This document shows, in pieces, positions 1-11,656 of a DNA stretch of 64,000 bases. The first letter of the stretch is position 1; every line of letters begins with the position of its first letter. Below the pieces are notes generated by a model. The model was given only the letters and a program-made list of their open reading frames with translations. It ran no database searches and was not told where the DNA came from. The stretch lies in NCBI GenBank assembly GCA_013416795.1, contig RQSC01000014.1, positions 581,699-645,698 on the forward strand. Direction: 5' to 3'. A program made the translations under genes and the position numbers. This stretch comes from Prasinococcaceae sp. CCMP 1430 (lineage: Eukaryota; Plantae; Prasinodermophyta).

Positions 1-157
1 ACCCCTCGCGCGCTCGCCCCGTCTGTGCGTGCGATCGCCTCGATGGATCGCGATCCGCGCGTTTTCTTGCCTCCGCGCTTGGCAGATGCGCGGCCGCCGC
101 GCACGCAGGTCCGCGTCGCACGGCAAGGTCGTCCTCGTGTCGACGGGCGCGTCGGCG

Positions 158-1230
158 ATGGCGCCGGCGAACAAGGCCATCGACGAGATCGCGGCGAAGG
201 AGAAGGAGGCCGGGAAGGGGTCTGCGGACGAGGACAAGGAGGTGGACTTTGGTGCCGTCATGCAGGCCGCCGCGCAGAAGGCCTTCCGCGGCGGCGTGGC
301 GGGCTTCGCCGCCGGCGTGATCCAGGTGTTCACCTTCATGTGGCTGCGCACGACCATGAACTACCAGTACATGAACGGGGGCAACATGACGTCGGCGCTC
401 TCGGCATTGTACGCCGAGGGCGCGGCGGGTAAGTCGGGGGTGGCAGCGACGCTCGGCGGTATCGGCCGCTTCTACAAGGGCGTGCAGTTCGCCGTCGTGC
501 AGAACCCGCTCTCGCGCTTCGGCGACACCGCGGCCAACCAGGGCATCCTTGCGATCGCCGACGCGTACTTCCCCGGCGCGGCGATCGGCGTCAAGACGGC
601 GTTCGCATCGGTGGGCGGCGCCACCTGGCGCATCTTCATCATGCCCGTGGACACCTACAAGACCACGATGCAGGTGCAGGGCGCGAAGGCGGTGAAGCTC
701 CTGAACGAGAAGGTTGCCAAGGGCGGCGTCGGCGTTCTCTACAGCGGCGCTGCGGCGAGCTTCGCCGCCAACTGGGTGGGCAACTACCCCTGGTTTGCCA
801 CTGTACGTGCGCGCGCGCATGCGCGCACTCGTGCGAACGGAAACCCACTCGCGAACTCCTCCTGACGCTCGTCGCGCGCGCGCCCGCCCCGCGCCTCCCC
901 CACGCGCACACACAGTTCAACTACCTTCAGGAGGCGGTGCCCCAGGCCGAGGGCAAGATGAAGCTCGTGCGCAACGCCGGCATTGGCATCTGCGCCGCCG
1001 CTGTGTCGGACTGCGTGTCGAACTCGCTGCGCGTCATCAAGACCGTCAAGCAGACCTCGCCCGATGCCAGTCTCTCGTACATCGGCGCCGTCCAGCAGGT
1101 CGTCCAGAAGGACGGCGTCCTTGCGCTCTTCGGCCGCGGCCTGCAGACGCGCCTCCTCACGAACATCGCGCAGTCCATGGTGTTCTCGGTGGCATGGAAG
1201 GCGATCGAGGAGGAGCTCTCCAAGAAGTGA
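158..1230 (+). CDS. Mitochondrial carrier family (SLC25) protein; 2 exons (158-802, 916-1230)
   Basis: Three carrier-like repeats (WLRTTMNYQY, PVDTYKTTMQ, SLRVIKTVKQ; GIGRFYKG, GVGVLYSG, GVLALFGRG). Intron 803-915 has GTACGT...CCTGAC...CACAG and joins FAT|FNYLQ in frame. Confidence 0.85.
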
Positions 1231-2230
1231 GCCTAGGGGCGCGCATCTCTCGAATAATTGCTCTGAGACTGCCAAGCACAGCAGAATCAATGACGGAGGC
1301 CATCGCGGTGTGTGGTGTGCGCGCCACCGCGGCGGCGGTGCGCCGGCGCGCTCGAGCGCCCACGCGCCGTCCGTGCCGTCGCCCTCGAACAGCCGCGCCA
1401 GCCATCGCCGCCCCGCTCGCCTCCTGCCGGCCCCGCCCGCCGGTCCCCCGCCGCCCCCATCGAAGCGCGCACGGATTTATTGTGTGCCCCGACACCCCGA
1501 CATCGACCATGCGTGTCGTAGCTCGTGGACTTCGCCGAGCCTTTTTCGCGCGGGCCGTGCACCCACACAAACATCGATACAAAATTTCAATTCGAATTGC
1601 AATTGTGCGCGGGCCGGCCATCCACGCGGATGTTCCGGAGGGCATCCCAAAACCCCCAGCCAGCCATCGGAAAGGAAACCACGCACTTTTCCGATTCTTC
1701 AAAATACGTACATGATTATGAATTGAGTGGGTTCCTGCGGGATTCATTTTGACCTCTGGCTCGCGAGTGGCTCCTTTCTCCTCGCAGAAACGCAAAGGCG
1801 CACACATGGATCCAACCAGCCTCTTTTTGAAAACCCCAAAACGGATTCGAATTCGGACGAGCAGCATCGAGCGATCGAAACTCCCCCAACCAAGTCTTCC
1901 CCACACGGCTGCCTACGTAAATCTAAATCTAAATCCATGTGCGTATTGATTGATGGGCCGATCCACACGCGGCGCGCCCGGCGCTGCCGCGCCCGCGAAC
2001 GGGTGGCCCACGTCGCGCCGCCGGCGGCTAGCGGACTAAACCCGGACGGATGGCCCCCGCGCNNNNNNNNNNNNNNNNNNNNNNNNNNNNNNNNNNNNNN
2101 NNNNNNNNNNNNNNNNNNNNNNNNNNNNNNNNNNNNNNNNNNNNNNNNNNNNNNNNNNNNNNNNNNNNNNNNNNNNNNNNNNNNNNNNNNNNNNNNNNNN
2201 NNNNNNNNNNNNNNNNNNNNNNNNNNNNNN

Positions 2231-3147
2231 GCGGCCGGGTGGTGTGCAGCGCGCCGCGCCGCGCTGCGGCCCCGTCTGCGGGCGCGCGGCGGGTGGCCAT
2301 GCGCGCGGAGACGGAAGACAGGCGCGGCGGCGTGCAGCTGAGCCCGAGCTGCAGCATCGACGACATGGAGGGCTGCTCGCTCGCAGACCTGGAGATGATG
2401 TACATCGACGCGCTGTGGACCTACTACACGAGCAACAAGTTCATGATTCAGAACGACGTCTACGACAAGCTCAAGCAGGAGCTCGCGTGGCAGGGCTCCG
2501 AGTTCCCCACGCTGAAGCGCTACGAGGTGGAGTTTGTCAAGGCGGTTATCGAGAACGCGCGCGGCACGCCCATCATGTCCAACAACGAGTACGAGCGCCT
2601 CAAGGCCAAGGTGAAGAAGAACGGCAAGCGCAAGGACGTGACCGCGCTGCTGCTCTACGCCAAGGGCCAGCAGACCCTCTCGCCCGAGCAGTTCGACGAG
2701 CTGAGCGAGAGCATGAAGGCGCTGGGCATCGACGTCGCGCTCAAGGGTGCGGCGTGCACGCTCAACAACGACCCCTCGATACTCACCAAGGATGCGGCCC
2801 TCTCCTCCACGGTGCTGCTCGCCGTGTCGGCGATCCCCGCGGTGCTTGCCGCTGTGCCCTACGCCGGCGTGAGCTACTTCTACCAGCCGCTGCCCCTGGT
2901 CGGCGGCGTGGCGTTCTCGCTGGCCACGGGTCTGCTGCTCGGCCAGGCGCTTCTCAACCGCATGCAGCTCAACGACGCCGAGGTCCTCGTCGGCGCCTGC
3001 ACGTGCTGCGAGACGCCCGTCAAGCAGCTCTTCGCCGGCAACGACAAGTTGCCCGTCGTCACCAAGAAGTGCGACAACTGCGGCACGCTGCTCGACATTA
3101 GCCGCGAGAAAATGGAGATCCTTCAGGGCACGCCCCAGGCCAGATAG
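2231..3147 (+). CDS. PGR5-like 1 (PGRL1) family thylakoid protein; 5' end (transit peptide) lost in N gap
   Basis: CSID...LEMMYIDAL...YDKLKQELAWQGS, PIMSNNEYERLK, GAACTL, two TM helices and a C-terminal CxxC...CDNCG match the PGRL1 layout. Confidence 0.8.
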
Positions 3148-4574
3148 GCCCGAGGGCGTCCTGAGTGCGGAGGCCGCGCCGGCCCCAGCTCATGGCCAAT
3201 CGGCGCATGTGCGCTGGCGCGTGCGCTGCGTGCCTTGGACGTACCGTAAGGGCCGGGGATTCCCTGCTGCACCCCCGCGCAGCGCGCACGCGCATCCATA
3301 CACTGGAGCTCCCCTCGCGCGGGCGGTGGGGAGCGACGCGGCGCGAGCGCCCGTGCGGTGGGGAAGGCCGCGACACGCTGCGATGCGTCCCGTCGCGCCG
3401 TCGCGCCGCCGCCCTTCCTTCCCCGAGCTGGGAGGCGACCGGGACTCTTGCTCGGTCGGAGCCCGCACAGCTCCGTCCCGCGAAATCCCCACCCCCATGT
3501 GCGCTCAGCTCCCGCCGCCCGCCGGGAACCCCGGAAAGTCCGCGCTTGCCCACCTGCCCGCCTTCCGGCGACCCTGCGAGCGCGCGCGATTTCGCGTCCC
3601 CGGGCGCGCTTCGGCGCTCTCTCCCGCGAAACGCGCGGCGTTTTTTCGCGCCCCTCGCCAGAGCGCTGCGCAGCGCGGCTGGGCCACACAATCTCCGTCG
3701 AGTCGGCCGTGGCCCCGCCCCCTCGGCGCCCCACGTCACCCACCTTCGCCAACCCACGACAACGGCGTCGCGTGATGCACGACCACCGATGTTCGCGCCG
3801 CGTCCGGAACGCTGGCACGAGAAGGATGTCCGCGCGAAATCCCTATGATTTCGTCAGTGCGGTCGCGTCGGGCCGACGCGCGGCGCTGGCTGATCGCGCA
3901 CACCTCCACCCACCATCGTCATCATCAGAGCAACCAGCCAGCCAACCAGCCAGGCACCGTGCGAATGCGACCACGTCTTTATCCGTTGTTGTTGGTGCTC
4001 ATTTGAGTGCGTTTCTGTACCGTACCGGCATGTTGATCCGGTCTGCTCCGCGCAAACCGGGCGCGTTTTTTCGATCGACACCTCGCTCGTTCGTTCTCCC
4101 CCGTCTCTTTCTGTCTGGGTTCCGACCGACTGGTCGGTTGATTGATTGGTTGGTGCAGCTGCCAACGCGCTGCTGGCTGGGTGCGGGAGACGGAATGGGA
4201 AGAAGGAGGGGGCACGACGAACGAGCAGAGACCTCGCTGGCGCGCCGTTTCGCGTTTCCCGCCCTTTTCTCGCGCGCGCGCTCCTCCGGCCGGTGCTTCT
4301 CCTTCTTGCTCGTCGGCGATCCGTCCGCGCCCTACCCCCTCGATCGATCCATCCATCGATCGAACCCCGCCGCCGACGGCGCTGCTGCTGGCTGGCGCGC
4401 GCCGGCGCGGGCCCGAACCGACCCACCAACCACATCCGCGGCCGGGGCGCGAACGAAATTCGGCGCGCCGGCCCGCGTGAAAAAAAAAAAAAAAACGCGT
4501 GTCTGGCTGGTTGGATGAGCCCCCCTTTCATCCATCCATCCTCCAATCCATAGCCAGAGCCAGCCAGGAAACGT

Positions 4575-4625
4575 ACCGACCGACAGACCGACCGACAGTT
4601 CGACCGACCGACCGACCGACCGACA
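4575..4625. repeat. (GACC)n imperfect tetranucleotide microsatellite
   Basis: accgaccgacagaccgaccgac...cgaccgaccgaccgaccgac read directly. Confidence 0.8.
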
Positions 4626-5043
4626 GGCCGAACTCGCGATCCGGCACGGCGAGCGAGCCCCTCCCGACGGATCCGTTCGCGGCGGGCGGGCCCATCCAGG
4701 ATCCGATGGGGCGCGGCCGCCGCGCGGGGCAGCGGCGCACCGCGCGCGCGCGGCGCGTTCGGGTCTGATCCTGGGGTGGGCGTCCGGCGCGCGAGGGCCG
4801 CACGACGCTGCTTCGCCCGCGGCGCAGCGGGGGCGCTCGCCGCCGACGCCCACACGCCTGCGATTCGGGCAGGGGCGGCACGGGGGGCAGCAGCTCGGGC
4901 AGTGGGGGCAGCAGCAGCAGCGGCAGCACGGGAGGAGACAGAGGCCCCTCGCGGCCGCCGCGGCCGGCGCGGCGGGGGGCAGCGACGCGCGTCAGCACGA
5001 GGCGGAGCAACAGACGGAGCAGACGCGCGACCACGCCAACGAC

Positions 5044-6288
5044 GTGGCGCTCGCGCACCTGAAGGAGTCCGGCGAGAGCGTGGGGCGCACGTGGATGGCG
5101 CTGCAGCGCTGGGAGGCGCGTCGCGCGCGCCGCGCCGAGCAGACCGCCGCCGACCACGCGCTTAGCAAAACAGCCAAGGTTGTCGTGTTCGGCGGCGGCT
5201 CGTTCGGCACGGCCATCGCGTCGCACCTCGCCTGGAACAAGCCCGGCATGGAGGTGACCATGCTCGTGCGCGACCCTGCCGTCGTGGAGGGTGTCAACGA
5301 GAGCCACCGCAACCCGCGATACCTCAGCCACCACGAGCTTCCTGAGGCAGTCAATGCGACAACCTGTGCGGCCGACGCGCTCGCCGGCGCCGAGGTCGCC
5401 TTCTTGGTCGTTCCCGTTCAGCGCACGAGGCAGTTCCTCGATGGGCTCAAGGTGCGTTGTTGGCGGCGAGTGGCGCGCGGCCGCGCGCGGCCGCAACGCG
5501 TGCGCTCGCGAGAGCGCGTGCCACCAGCGCTGACAGCCAGCCTGCGGCGCGCGTCCGCCACGCCACAGGACATTCTCCCCCCTGACCTGCCCATAGTGGC
5601 GCTGTCGAAGGGCCTTGAGCTGGGGACCAACCTTGTGCTCGCCGACGTGATAAAGGAAACCCTTGGCAAGCGCCAGCCGCTGGCCGTGCTGAGCGGCCCG
5701 ACCTTCGCAAGCGAGATGATTGACCAGCGCCCGACGGCGATGGTTTGCGCCTCGCGCGACCGCAAGGTGTCGCTGCGCGTGCAGCAGCTGCTCGCGAGTG
5801 ACTACCTTCGCGTGAACACGTCCGACGACGTCGTTGGCGCCGAGCTCTGCGGCGCCCTGAAGAACGTGCTCGCCATCGCCGCGGGCATTGTGGAGGGCCT
5901 GGAGCTGGGCAACAACTCGATGGCCGCGCTCGTGGCGCAGGGCATGAGCGAGATCCGCTGGCTCGCCGAGCGCATGGGCGCGCGACCGGCGACGCTCGCA
6001 GGACCCGCGGGCGTGGGTGACGTCATGCTCACGTGTTTCGTGCCCCTGTCGCGCAATCGCACGGTGGGCGTGCGCCTGGGCTCTGGCGAGAGCGTGGAGG
6101 ACATTTTGGGCTCGATGAAGGAGGTCGCGGAGGGCGTGCCCACGGCGGCCGCTGTGGTCGAGCTGGCGAGGAAGCACAACGTGCAGCTGCCAGTGCTTAC
6201 GGCAGTGGCCTACATACTCGCGGGGAAGATCACGCCGCGGAAGGCTGTGCTCGAACTCATGAAGCTGCCACAGATCGAGGAGCGGTGA
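5044..6288 (+). CDS. NAD(P)H-dependent glycerol-3-phosphate dehydrogenase (GpsA-type, probably plastid); intron 5452-5568; true start uncertain
   Basis: VVVFGGGSFGTA Rossmann motif, SKGLE, LSGPTFA, GALKNVLAIAAG, GDVMLTC, SRN, AEG. A 117-nt GTGCGT...GCTGAC...ACAG intron removes a non-homologous insert. Confidence 0.9.
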   Translation: MALAHLKESGESVGRTWMALQRWEARRARRAEQTAADHALSKTAKVVVFGGGSFGTAIASHLAWNKPGMEVTMLVRDPAVVEGVNESHRNPRYLSHHELPEAVNATTCAADALAGAEVAFLVVPVQRTRQFLDGLKVRCWRRVARGRARPQRVRSRERVPPALTASLRRASATPQDILPPDLPIVALSKGLELGTNLVLADVIKETLGKRQPLAVLSGPTFASEMIDQRPTAMVCASRDRKVSLRVQQLLASDYLRVNTSDDVVGAELCGALKNVLAIAAGIVEGLELGNNSMAALVAQGMSEIRWLAERMGARPATLAGPAGVGDVMLTCFVPLSRNRTVGVRLGSGESVEDILGSMKEVAEGVPTAAAVVELARKHNVQLPVLTAVAYILAGKITPRKAVLELMKLPQIEER

Positions 6289-6530
6289 GCGTCGCCCCTG
6301 TGCTGTCGACGCACTCCGGTGCGCAGCACGAGCGAGCCGGTGGCGACGCTGGCCATGGCGCGCGCGTGCGCATGCGCGAGTGTAGTTGTGTTCGCTGCGC
6401 GAGGCGTGCTGCTCGGGTCAATAATGCACCGTCGTGGTATTAGAATCAACTAGCTAGGGACGAGCGCGGCCGCGCCGGCGCATTGGGTGCGCGCGCGCGC
6501 GGCCGAGGGAAAGGAGGGATGCTGATTCCG

Positions 6531-9194
6531 TCATGCGCGCCTCGACGACAGGCCGCTGCGCGCGCTTTGTGGCCGCCCCGGCCCTGCGCGCGAGGCGACG
6601 CCAGGGCCGGGGCCACGCGCCCCCCGCGACGGCTTGAGTGCGCGCGTGGATGCTGACGCGGAGCGCGCGCTCGTCGGCCTGCCTCCTGCCGCGTGCTCAC
6701 CCGCCGTGCCGCGAGAACCGTGCGTGCTGCGCGCGCCCGTGGCACTTCTCGCGCCAGCGCCGGCACCCCACACAGCCCTCGGCTTGGAAGGATTCGCTGA
6801 GGCGGGGCGCGTGCCGCTGCCATTGCGTCCACGCGTGGCTGCGCTCGCGGCGTGCACGTACTCCGGCGGCGGCGTGGATGCTGCGTCGCGCTGGCTCATG
6901 AGGCGTTCAACCAGTGCGTCCATCGCATCCATGTCGTGCATGCGAAGGTGCGCACGACGGTGGCTGCGGGACATCCCCGTCGAATGCGATGCGGCTGTTC
7001 CCGAGCCGAAGATCTCCGCCATCGATCGCAGCATGCCGTATCCCGAGGAGTTTGGCGCGGAGGGCCCTGACACCGTCGCGCGCGCCTTCCCACGCGTCGA
7101 AGGTGCATCCTTGCCTGAGCGCGGCCGCGCCGCCGCCTTGCCGGGGGGCGATCTCCGTTTGACATTGCGAGCGACTCGCGACTGAGCGCGCGGCGCCGAC
7201 GTCATTTGCTGTGCGTGCCTGGGGCCCCCCTCCCCCCAACCGTTGGCCTCTGACGCGGCCACGGCACGTGCCGCACTGCGCTGTGGTAAGCCTGCAGCAA
7301 GAGCGCTTGTGCCGGCGTTCATAGCCACGTCAGAGCCCGCCTCGGCCCCTGCCATCACACCGTCGGTCAGCTCAACGTCCGTGTCATCCTCGTCGCTTCC
7401 CACCTCTGCGACGACAGTGGGGCCGGCGCTCTCCCCGACGCCATCGCTGAGTGTACCCCATAGCACCCTGGGGATCGCCTTGCCTCTCGAGGACTTCCAG
7501 CTGCTCGCATCCTCGCCGCCGCTGCTGCTGCCACCGTTGCTGGTGTGCGCACTGACGGGCATCGGGACATGGACCGGTGCTTGGGCGTCCGAGTTCACTC
7601 CAATTGATGAATTCGTGGTCGCTTTGGGGTGTGCTCGCCCTCCCGCAGCGCCGCCGGCCCCGCTCTCACTCGGCACTACCACCGCAGAGTAGTGTCGCTC
7701 CAAAACGTCGAGCGTTTCAAGTGCGCTCTCCGCATCGCAAAGCTCGCGGCGCGCACGATCGCGCTCACCAACTGCCAGTGCAAGGGCCCTCGCTGCACTG
7801 CCGCACGCCGCACCATGGCCAATGTGCACGCCGGCACATACCTTGGCTTGATGCTGCTGACGCTCCGAGAGCGGATGGGCCTCGCCCTGCTGCCGCACTC
7901 TTGCATGGTGCTCAGCGGTGGCGGACAACGGGATGTTCCGCAAGCGTTCCTCGATCGCGTGCGTTTCGGCTTCGTCGAGCGCCGTCCTTGCGCTCGCAAG
8001 CTGTCGCTCGAGTGCTGCCCTGTCGACGCGGTGCTCCCTCAGACAGCAGCCTCGCTCAGCGCCACTGCCGCGCATAGGACCCGCGCTGTCGAAGCGAAGC
8101 GCAGGAGCGCCGCAGCACGCATGCACTCCAGTGTTTGAGGCGCCAACGAAGCTCGCGGGCAGCGGATGGTACGCACAGCGCGACATGTGCGCCACGGCAA
8201 ATGCCTGGCCACACACCCTGCAGTCAAGCACGCGGCTGAGCCCCCAGGCGTGCCAGTACAGGTCGCGCCAGGTGCAGCCGCGTTGCGCACGCAGCGACTT
8301 TATGTAACGATGCGCGGTCCATCCGCGCGCTGGGGTGTGTGTCGCGACCACGTTGCAGTGGAAGTCCACACACAGCGCAGAGCGGGCGCACACCAAACGC
8401 GAAGACGCGGCGGTCGCGAATACCTCCCCGCAGCGTGAGCAACACGACAGGAGCGAGCGCCCGCCACCCGTCCGCGGTGGAGCCGCTTGAAGCTCATCGA
8501 CGCGATCAGGGCCCTCCGTCTCACTCTCCGCATCGTCGTGCCGCGCGTGCGTCGTGAGCATGTCCTCCAGCTTGAAGCGATACAGCTTGCTCACCAGCGC
8601 GTGCGCGTGTCTGGACAACGCCGGCTTCGCAGCGCTGTCGCTGCCTTTCGCAGCCACGGGGCCGTCGGACTTTGCGTTCCCGGTAGCGGCGGCGCGTACC
8701 TCCTCAATCGCGTCGACGTGCGCCCCGCGCGCAATGGCGCGGAGCACTGCCTCGGAGAGAGCGCACAGATCGACAGGGAGCTCGGCCACCTCGCGCAGAT
8801 TCTGGGCGATGAATGCAACGCAGTCGGCGACAAGTGCGCGCATCTGCAGGAACTCAGAGGAGATGAGCACAGGTATGACGTTGGACAGCGCGGGGCGGCT
8901 GCGTGGCTGCGAACGCGAGGGTGCAAGCGCCCAGTCGAGCAACCAGCTGAACACCTCGAGGTCGCAGTGCACGGAGATCTCGACCTTGGCGGACGCGGCA
9001 CCTGAGCCCGCCACCTCGGCCGCAGCGGCGCTCGCGCCCGCGTCCGCGCCGAGGTGCACGGCAAAGTAGGCCATCTCATTGAGCAGCGTGTCGAGCGCGC
9101 ACTCGAAGTCGCGCTGCGCGCTCCTGCCCTCGTCGAACACGTGGATGATGACCTCCTTCGCAACTGCCGGCGGCCCCGCCGCCTCCGACGCCAT
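6531..9194 (-). CDS. SANBR/KIAA1841-like BTB (DUF3342-type) protein
   Basis: IIHVFDE...RDFEC...LLNEMAYF...EISVHCDLEVFSWLLDW...NVIPVLISSEFLQM, followed by Cys/His clusters (CSRC, CRVC, CAYHP, HACC). ATG at 9194. Confidence 0.75.
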   Translation of the reverse strand: MASEAAGPPAVAKEVIIHVFDEGRSAQRDFECALDTLLNEMAYFAVHLGADAGASAAAAEVAGSGAASAKVEISVHCDLEVFSWLLDWALAPSRSQPRSRPALSNVIPVLISSEFLQMRALVADCVAFIAQNLREVAELPVDLCALSEAVLRAIARGAHVDAIEEVRAAATGNAKSDGPVAAKGSDSAAKPALSRHAHALVSKLYRFKLEDMLTTHARHDDAESETEGPDRVDELQAAPPRTGGGRSLLSCCSRCGEVFATAASSRLVCARSALCVDFHCNVVATHTPARGWTAHRYIKSLRAQRGCTWRDLYWHAWGLSRVLDCRVCGQAFAVAHMSRCAYHPLPASFVGASNTGVHACCGAPALRFDSAGPMRGSGAERGCCLREHRVDRAALERQLASARTALDEAETHAIEERLRNIPLSATAEHHARVRQQGEAHPLSERQQHQAKVCAGVHIGHGAACGSAARALALAVGERDRARRELCDAESALETLDVLERHYSAVVVPSESGAGGAAGGRAHPKATTNSSIGVNSDAQAPVHVPMPVSAHTSNGGSSSGGEDASSWKSSRGKAIPRVLWGTLSDGVGESAGPTVVAEVGSDEDDTDVELTDGVMAGAEAGSDVAMNAGTSALAAGLPQRSAARAVAASEANGWGEGGPRHAQQMTSAPRAQSRVARNVKRRSPPGKAAARPRSGKDAPSTRGKARATVSGPSAPNSSGYGMLRSMAEIFGSGTAASHSTGMSRSHRRAHLRMHDMDAMDALVERLMSQRDAASTPPPEYVHAASAATRGRNGSGTRPASANPSKPRAVWGAGAGARSATGARSTHGSRGTAGEHAAGGRPTSARSASASTRALKPSRGARGPGPGVASRAGPGRPQSARSGLSSRRA

Positions 9195-9794
9195 CGCCGC
9201 GGACGCGAGGCCGCCGCGCGCCTGCGCCGGCACGGAGCGGCGCGGCGCGGCCAGAAGCCGCGCCAGCGGCAGCGGCCACGAGTCTGTCCGCGCACAGAAG
9301 GGGGGCGATGTCTTCGTGGAAGGGAAGGGGGGGAAGGGGGGGAGGGAGGCGCGCCCCCCGCCGCGGCCCAAGCGCAGGGGCGCGCACTCTGGCGAGCGCA
9401 ACCAACTGCCGGCGGCGCATTCGAGCTCATTTGAGCGGGGCGCGCCTGACTCTGAGCGCACCGGAATGCGTTCTGATGGACGATCCGGCCTACTGTGGGG
9501 CCGCGAGCTGGCGAGGTGATGGGCGATCCGGCTGCCAGGGCGATGATACGATTGTCGGCGCGCGCGAAGAAGCAGCAGGCGCTGTTGGCGCGTGCGCGCG
9601 GCCACGGACTGAGGCGCGGCAGTGCCGCGCGTGGCGGCGCCCCCCCCCTCCCCCAATCACTACCAGCATTCACATCGCCAGGGGGTGCCGGGTGCCGCGC
9701 CGCCGTCGGCGGAGCGATGGGCGGCCAGCAGCGCCGCGAGCGCGGCGCAGCAGCGCTCGGAGGCGCTCATGCACGGAGGCGCCGCGACGCGAGG

Positions 9795-11434
9795 ATGCCA
9801 TGTTCGCAACGCGTTGCGGTCGCGCTCGCGGCGGCCCTGTGTGGAGCTGCTGCCGTCGGCGTGTTGACGCACAGACTTGCCAGTGCACTTGCCCAGCTGT
9901 CGTCGTCTGAGCTTTTCTCCGGCACGCTCGTCCCGCGGCGGGGACTTGCGTCGCGAGCGGGAGCGGCGAAGTTCCGGGCGACTGGTGCACTTCCAAAGGG
10001 TCACCGCTCGCTCGCATGGGCGAGCGACGCGCCGCGGTGCGACGTGCTGCTCGCGTCTACAAAGGTGCTACCATCACGCTGCGCCGATGAAGAGGGTGTG
10101 AGGGCGCAAAACGTCAGCAGTGGGGGGCGCTTGCCTCTTTTGATCACGGGCACGGGTCGCAGTGGCACAAAATTCGCGACGGACCTGCTGCAGCGCATGG
10201 GCATGCATATTTCGCACGACGACGCGCCGCCGGGGCCCGACGGCGCGTGCAGCTGGGTGCTGGCTTTCAAAGCTACCCGCGGCCGCTTTGAGCACCCGCT
10301 GCGCCGCGATTGCGACTACCCTTACTTTGCTCCCAATCTCAATGGCGCCCGCTTTGGCCTCGTACTGCACCAGGTAAGCTGCTCTGCGCCACCCGCAGAG
10401 CTGCCGGCTGATCTTCCCCTGATGTCGTTCAGTCTCTGATGCCTTCTTTGTCCTCCACGCATTTCTAGGTGCGCAATCCGCTCGATGTCGTTGCGAGCAG
10501 GGTCACCAATGGCTGGCTCTTTCAGCAAGGCGGGTATGTCGATCGCCACACAGCGATAGGCAACGCTGTCACCTCCAGCCACTCGCGCGGAGGCGGTGGC
10601 ACGAGCATAGGCGGGACGCAGAGGAGGCTGCTGGGGGGAACAGGCGGGCTCGAGTTCGATCACAGCAAAGAGATCGGCGCCCGTGCGAACTTCACTGACT
10701 CTGAGCGCCGGGCGCTGCTGAAGTCACTCCAGCACTGGGTCACCTGGAATTCCTTCGTAGAGCGGATAGCTGATGCCAGATATCGCATGGAAGACCTGGC
10801 ATCCGACGTTAGCCTCGCAGGAGCTGTCTGCGAGGTTGCGGCGACGGCAGTGGCGGCCATTCGGAGTGGCGATGAGCACGCCGCTGCTTCTCTTCGGTTG
10901 GCTAGTGCTCGCTTTGATGCGCAGCCATCGTTGACCGGCACGACCAACGATGAGGACATCGCCCGCGAGTGCCCAGGCTACGCGTCCCTGCGCGCCGCGT
11001 TCGCGTCTGCCGGCGGGGGGGCAAGGGTCGTGTGCCCACCAAACAGCCGAAAACCTGAGTGCGTCAACTCGTCCAGCACAGGTGCGGGAATGCGCGCGCG
11101 CACCGCATCCAAATAGTGCAGCAGAGGCGAGCAAGTATGCTGACGCTGCCGCTACGCGCACTGCGCCGTCACTACGCTCTCTGCCACTGCGCGCCTTCCC
11201 ACCCCCAAAGACGCTGCGCAGGGCGTCGCTCGCTCCAGGCTGACCTGGAGGGACATGTACGACATCGACGAGGACTTCGCTGCTATGGCGATGGGGATGG
11301 CGCGAGAATATGGGTACTTCGTCGGCGAGCAACAAGATCCATTCACACCCCGGCCTTCAGCCAAGGGATGCGGCTTTGGCGTCGGCAGCGCCGATCAGCA
11401 CAAGTGGGGCTGCGTGGCCTTGCACGCGCGCTAG
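9795..11434 (+). CDS. Sulfotransferase-like (P-loop PAPS-binding) type II membrane protein; exons 9795-10373, 10469-11081, 11211-11434
   Basis: N-terminal hydrophobic anchor, LLITGTGRSGT 5'-PSB-like motif, HQ|VRNPLDVVAS 3'-PB motif across a GTAAGC..TAG intron, and YRMEDL. An inferred third exon gives LTWRDM...AREYGY. Confidence 0.7.
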
Positions 11435-11656
11435 CAGCTCGCCGTACTTGGTCGTGAGCGTGCATGCGTTGTAGTGCGCGGTCGCGCGACCGTGCGGCAC
11501 GCGCGGTGGGGCGCGCACAGTAGCAACAGCTGGCGAGCGCTGCCGGATGACGTCTGCAGGGAGCAAAAATGGCCCGCGGGGAGCGGTGTACGTTACATGT
11601 GTGCCCGGGCGATGCACGCGCGTTGCCGTGCCGCGGAGAAGCATGGAGTCCAGCCC

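Noticed and set aside
3845-3895. Possible box C/D snoRNA (ATGATT...CTGA)
   Set aside because: Poor C box, too short, and no terminal stem or recognisable guide.
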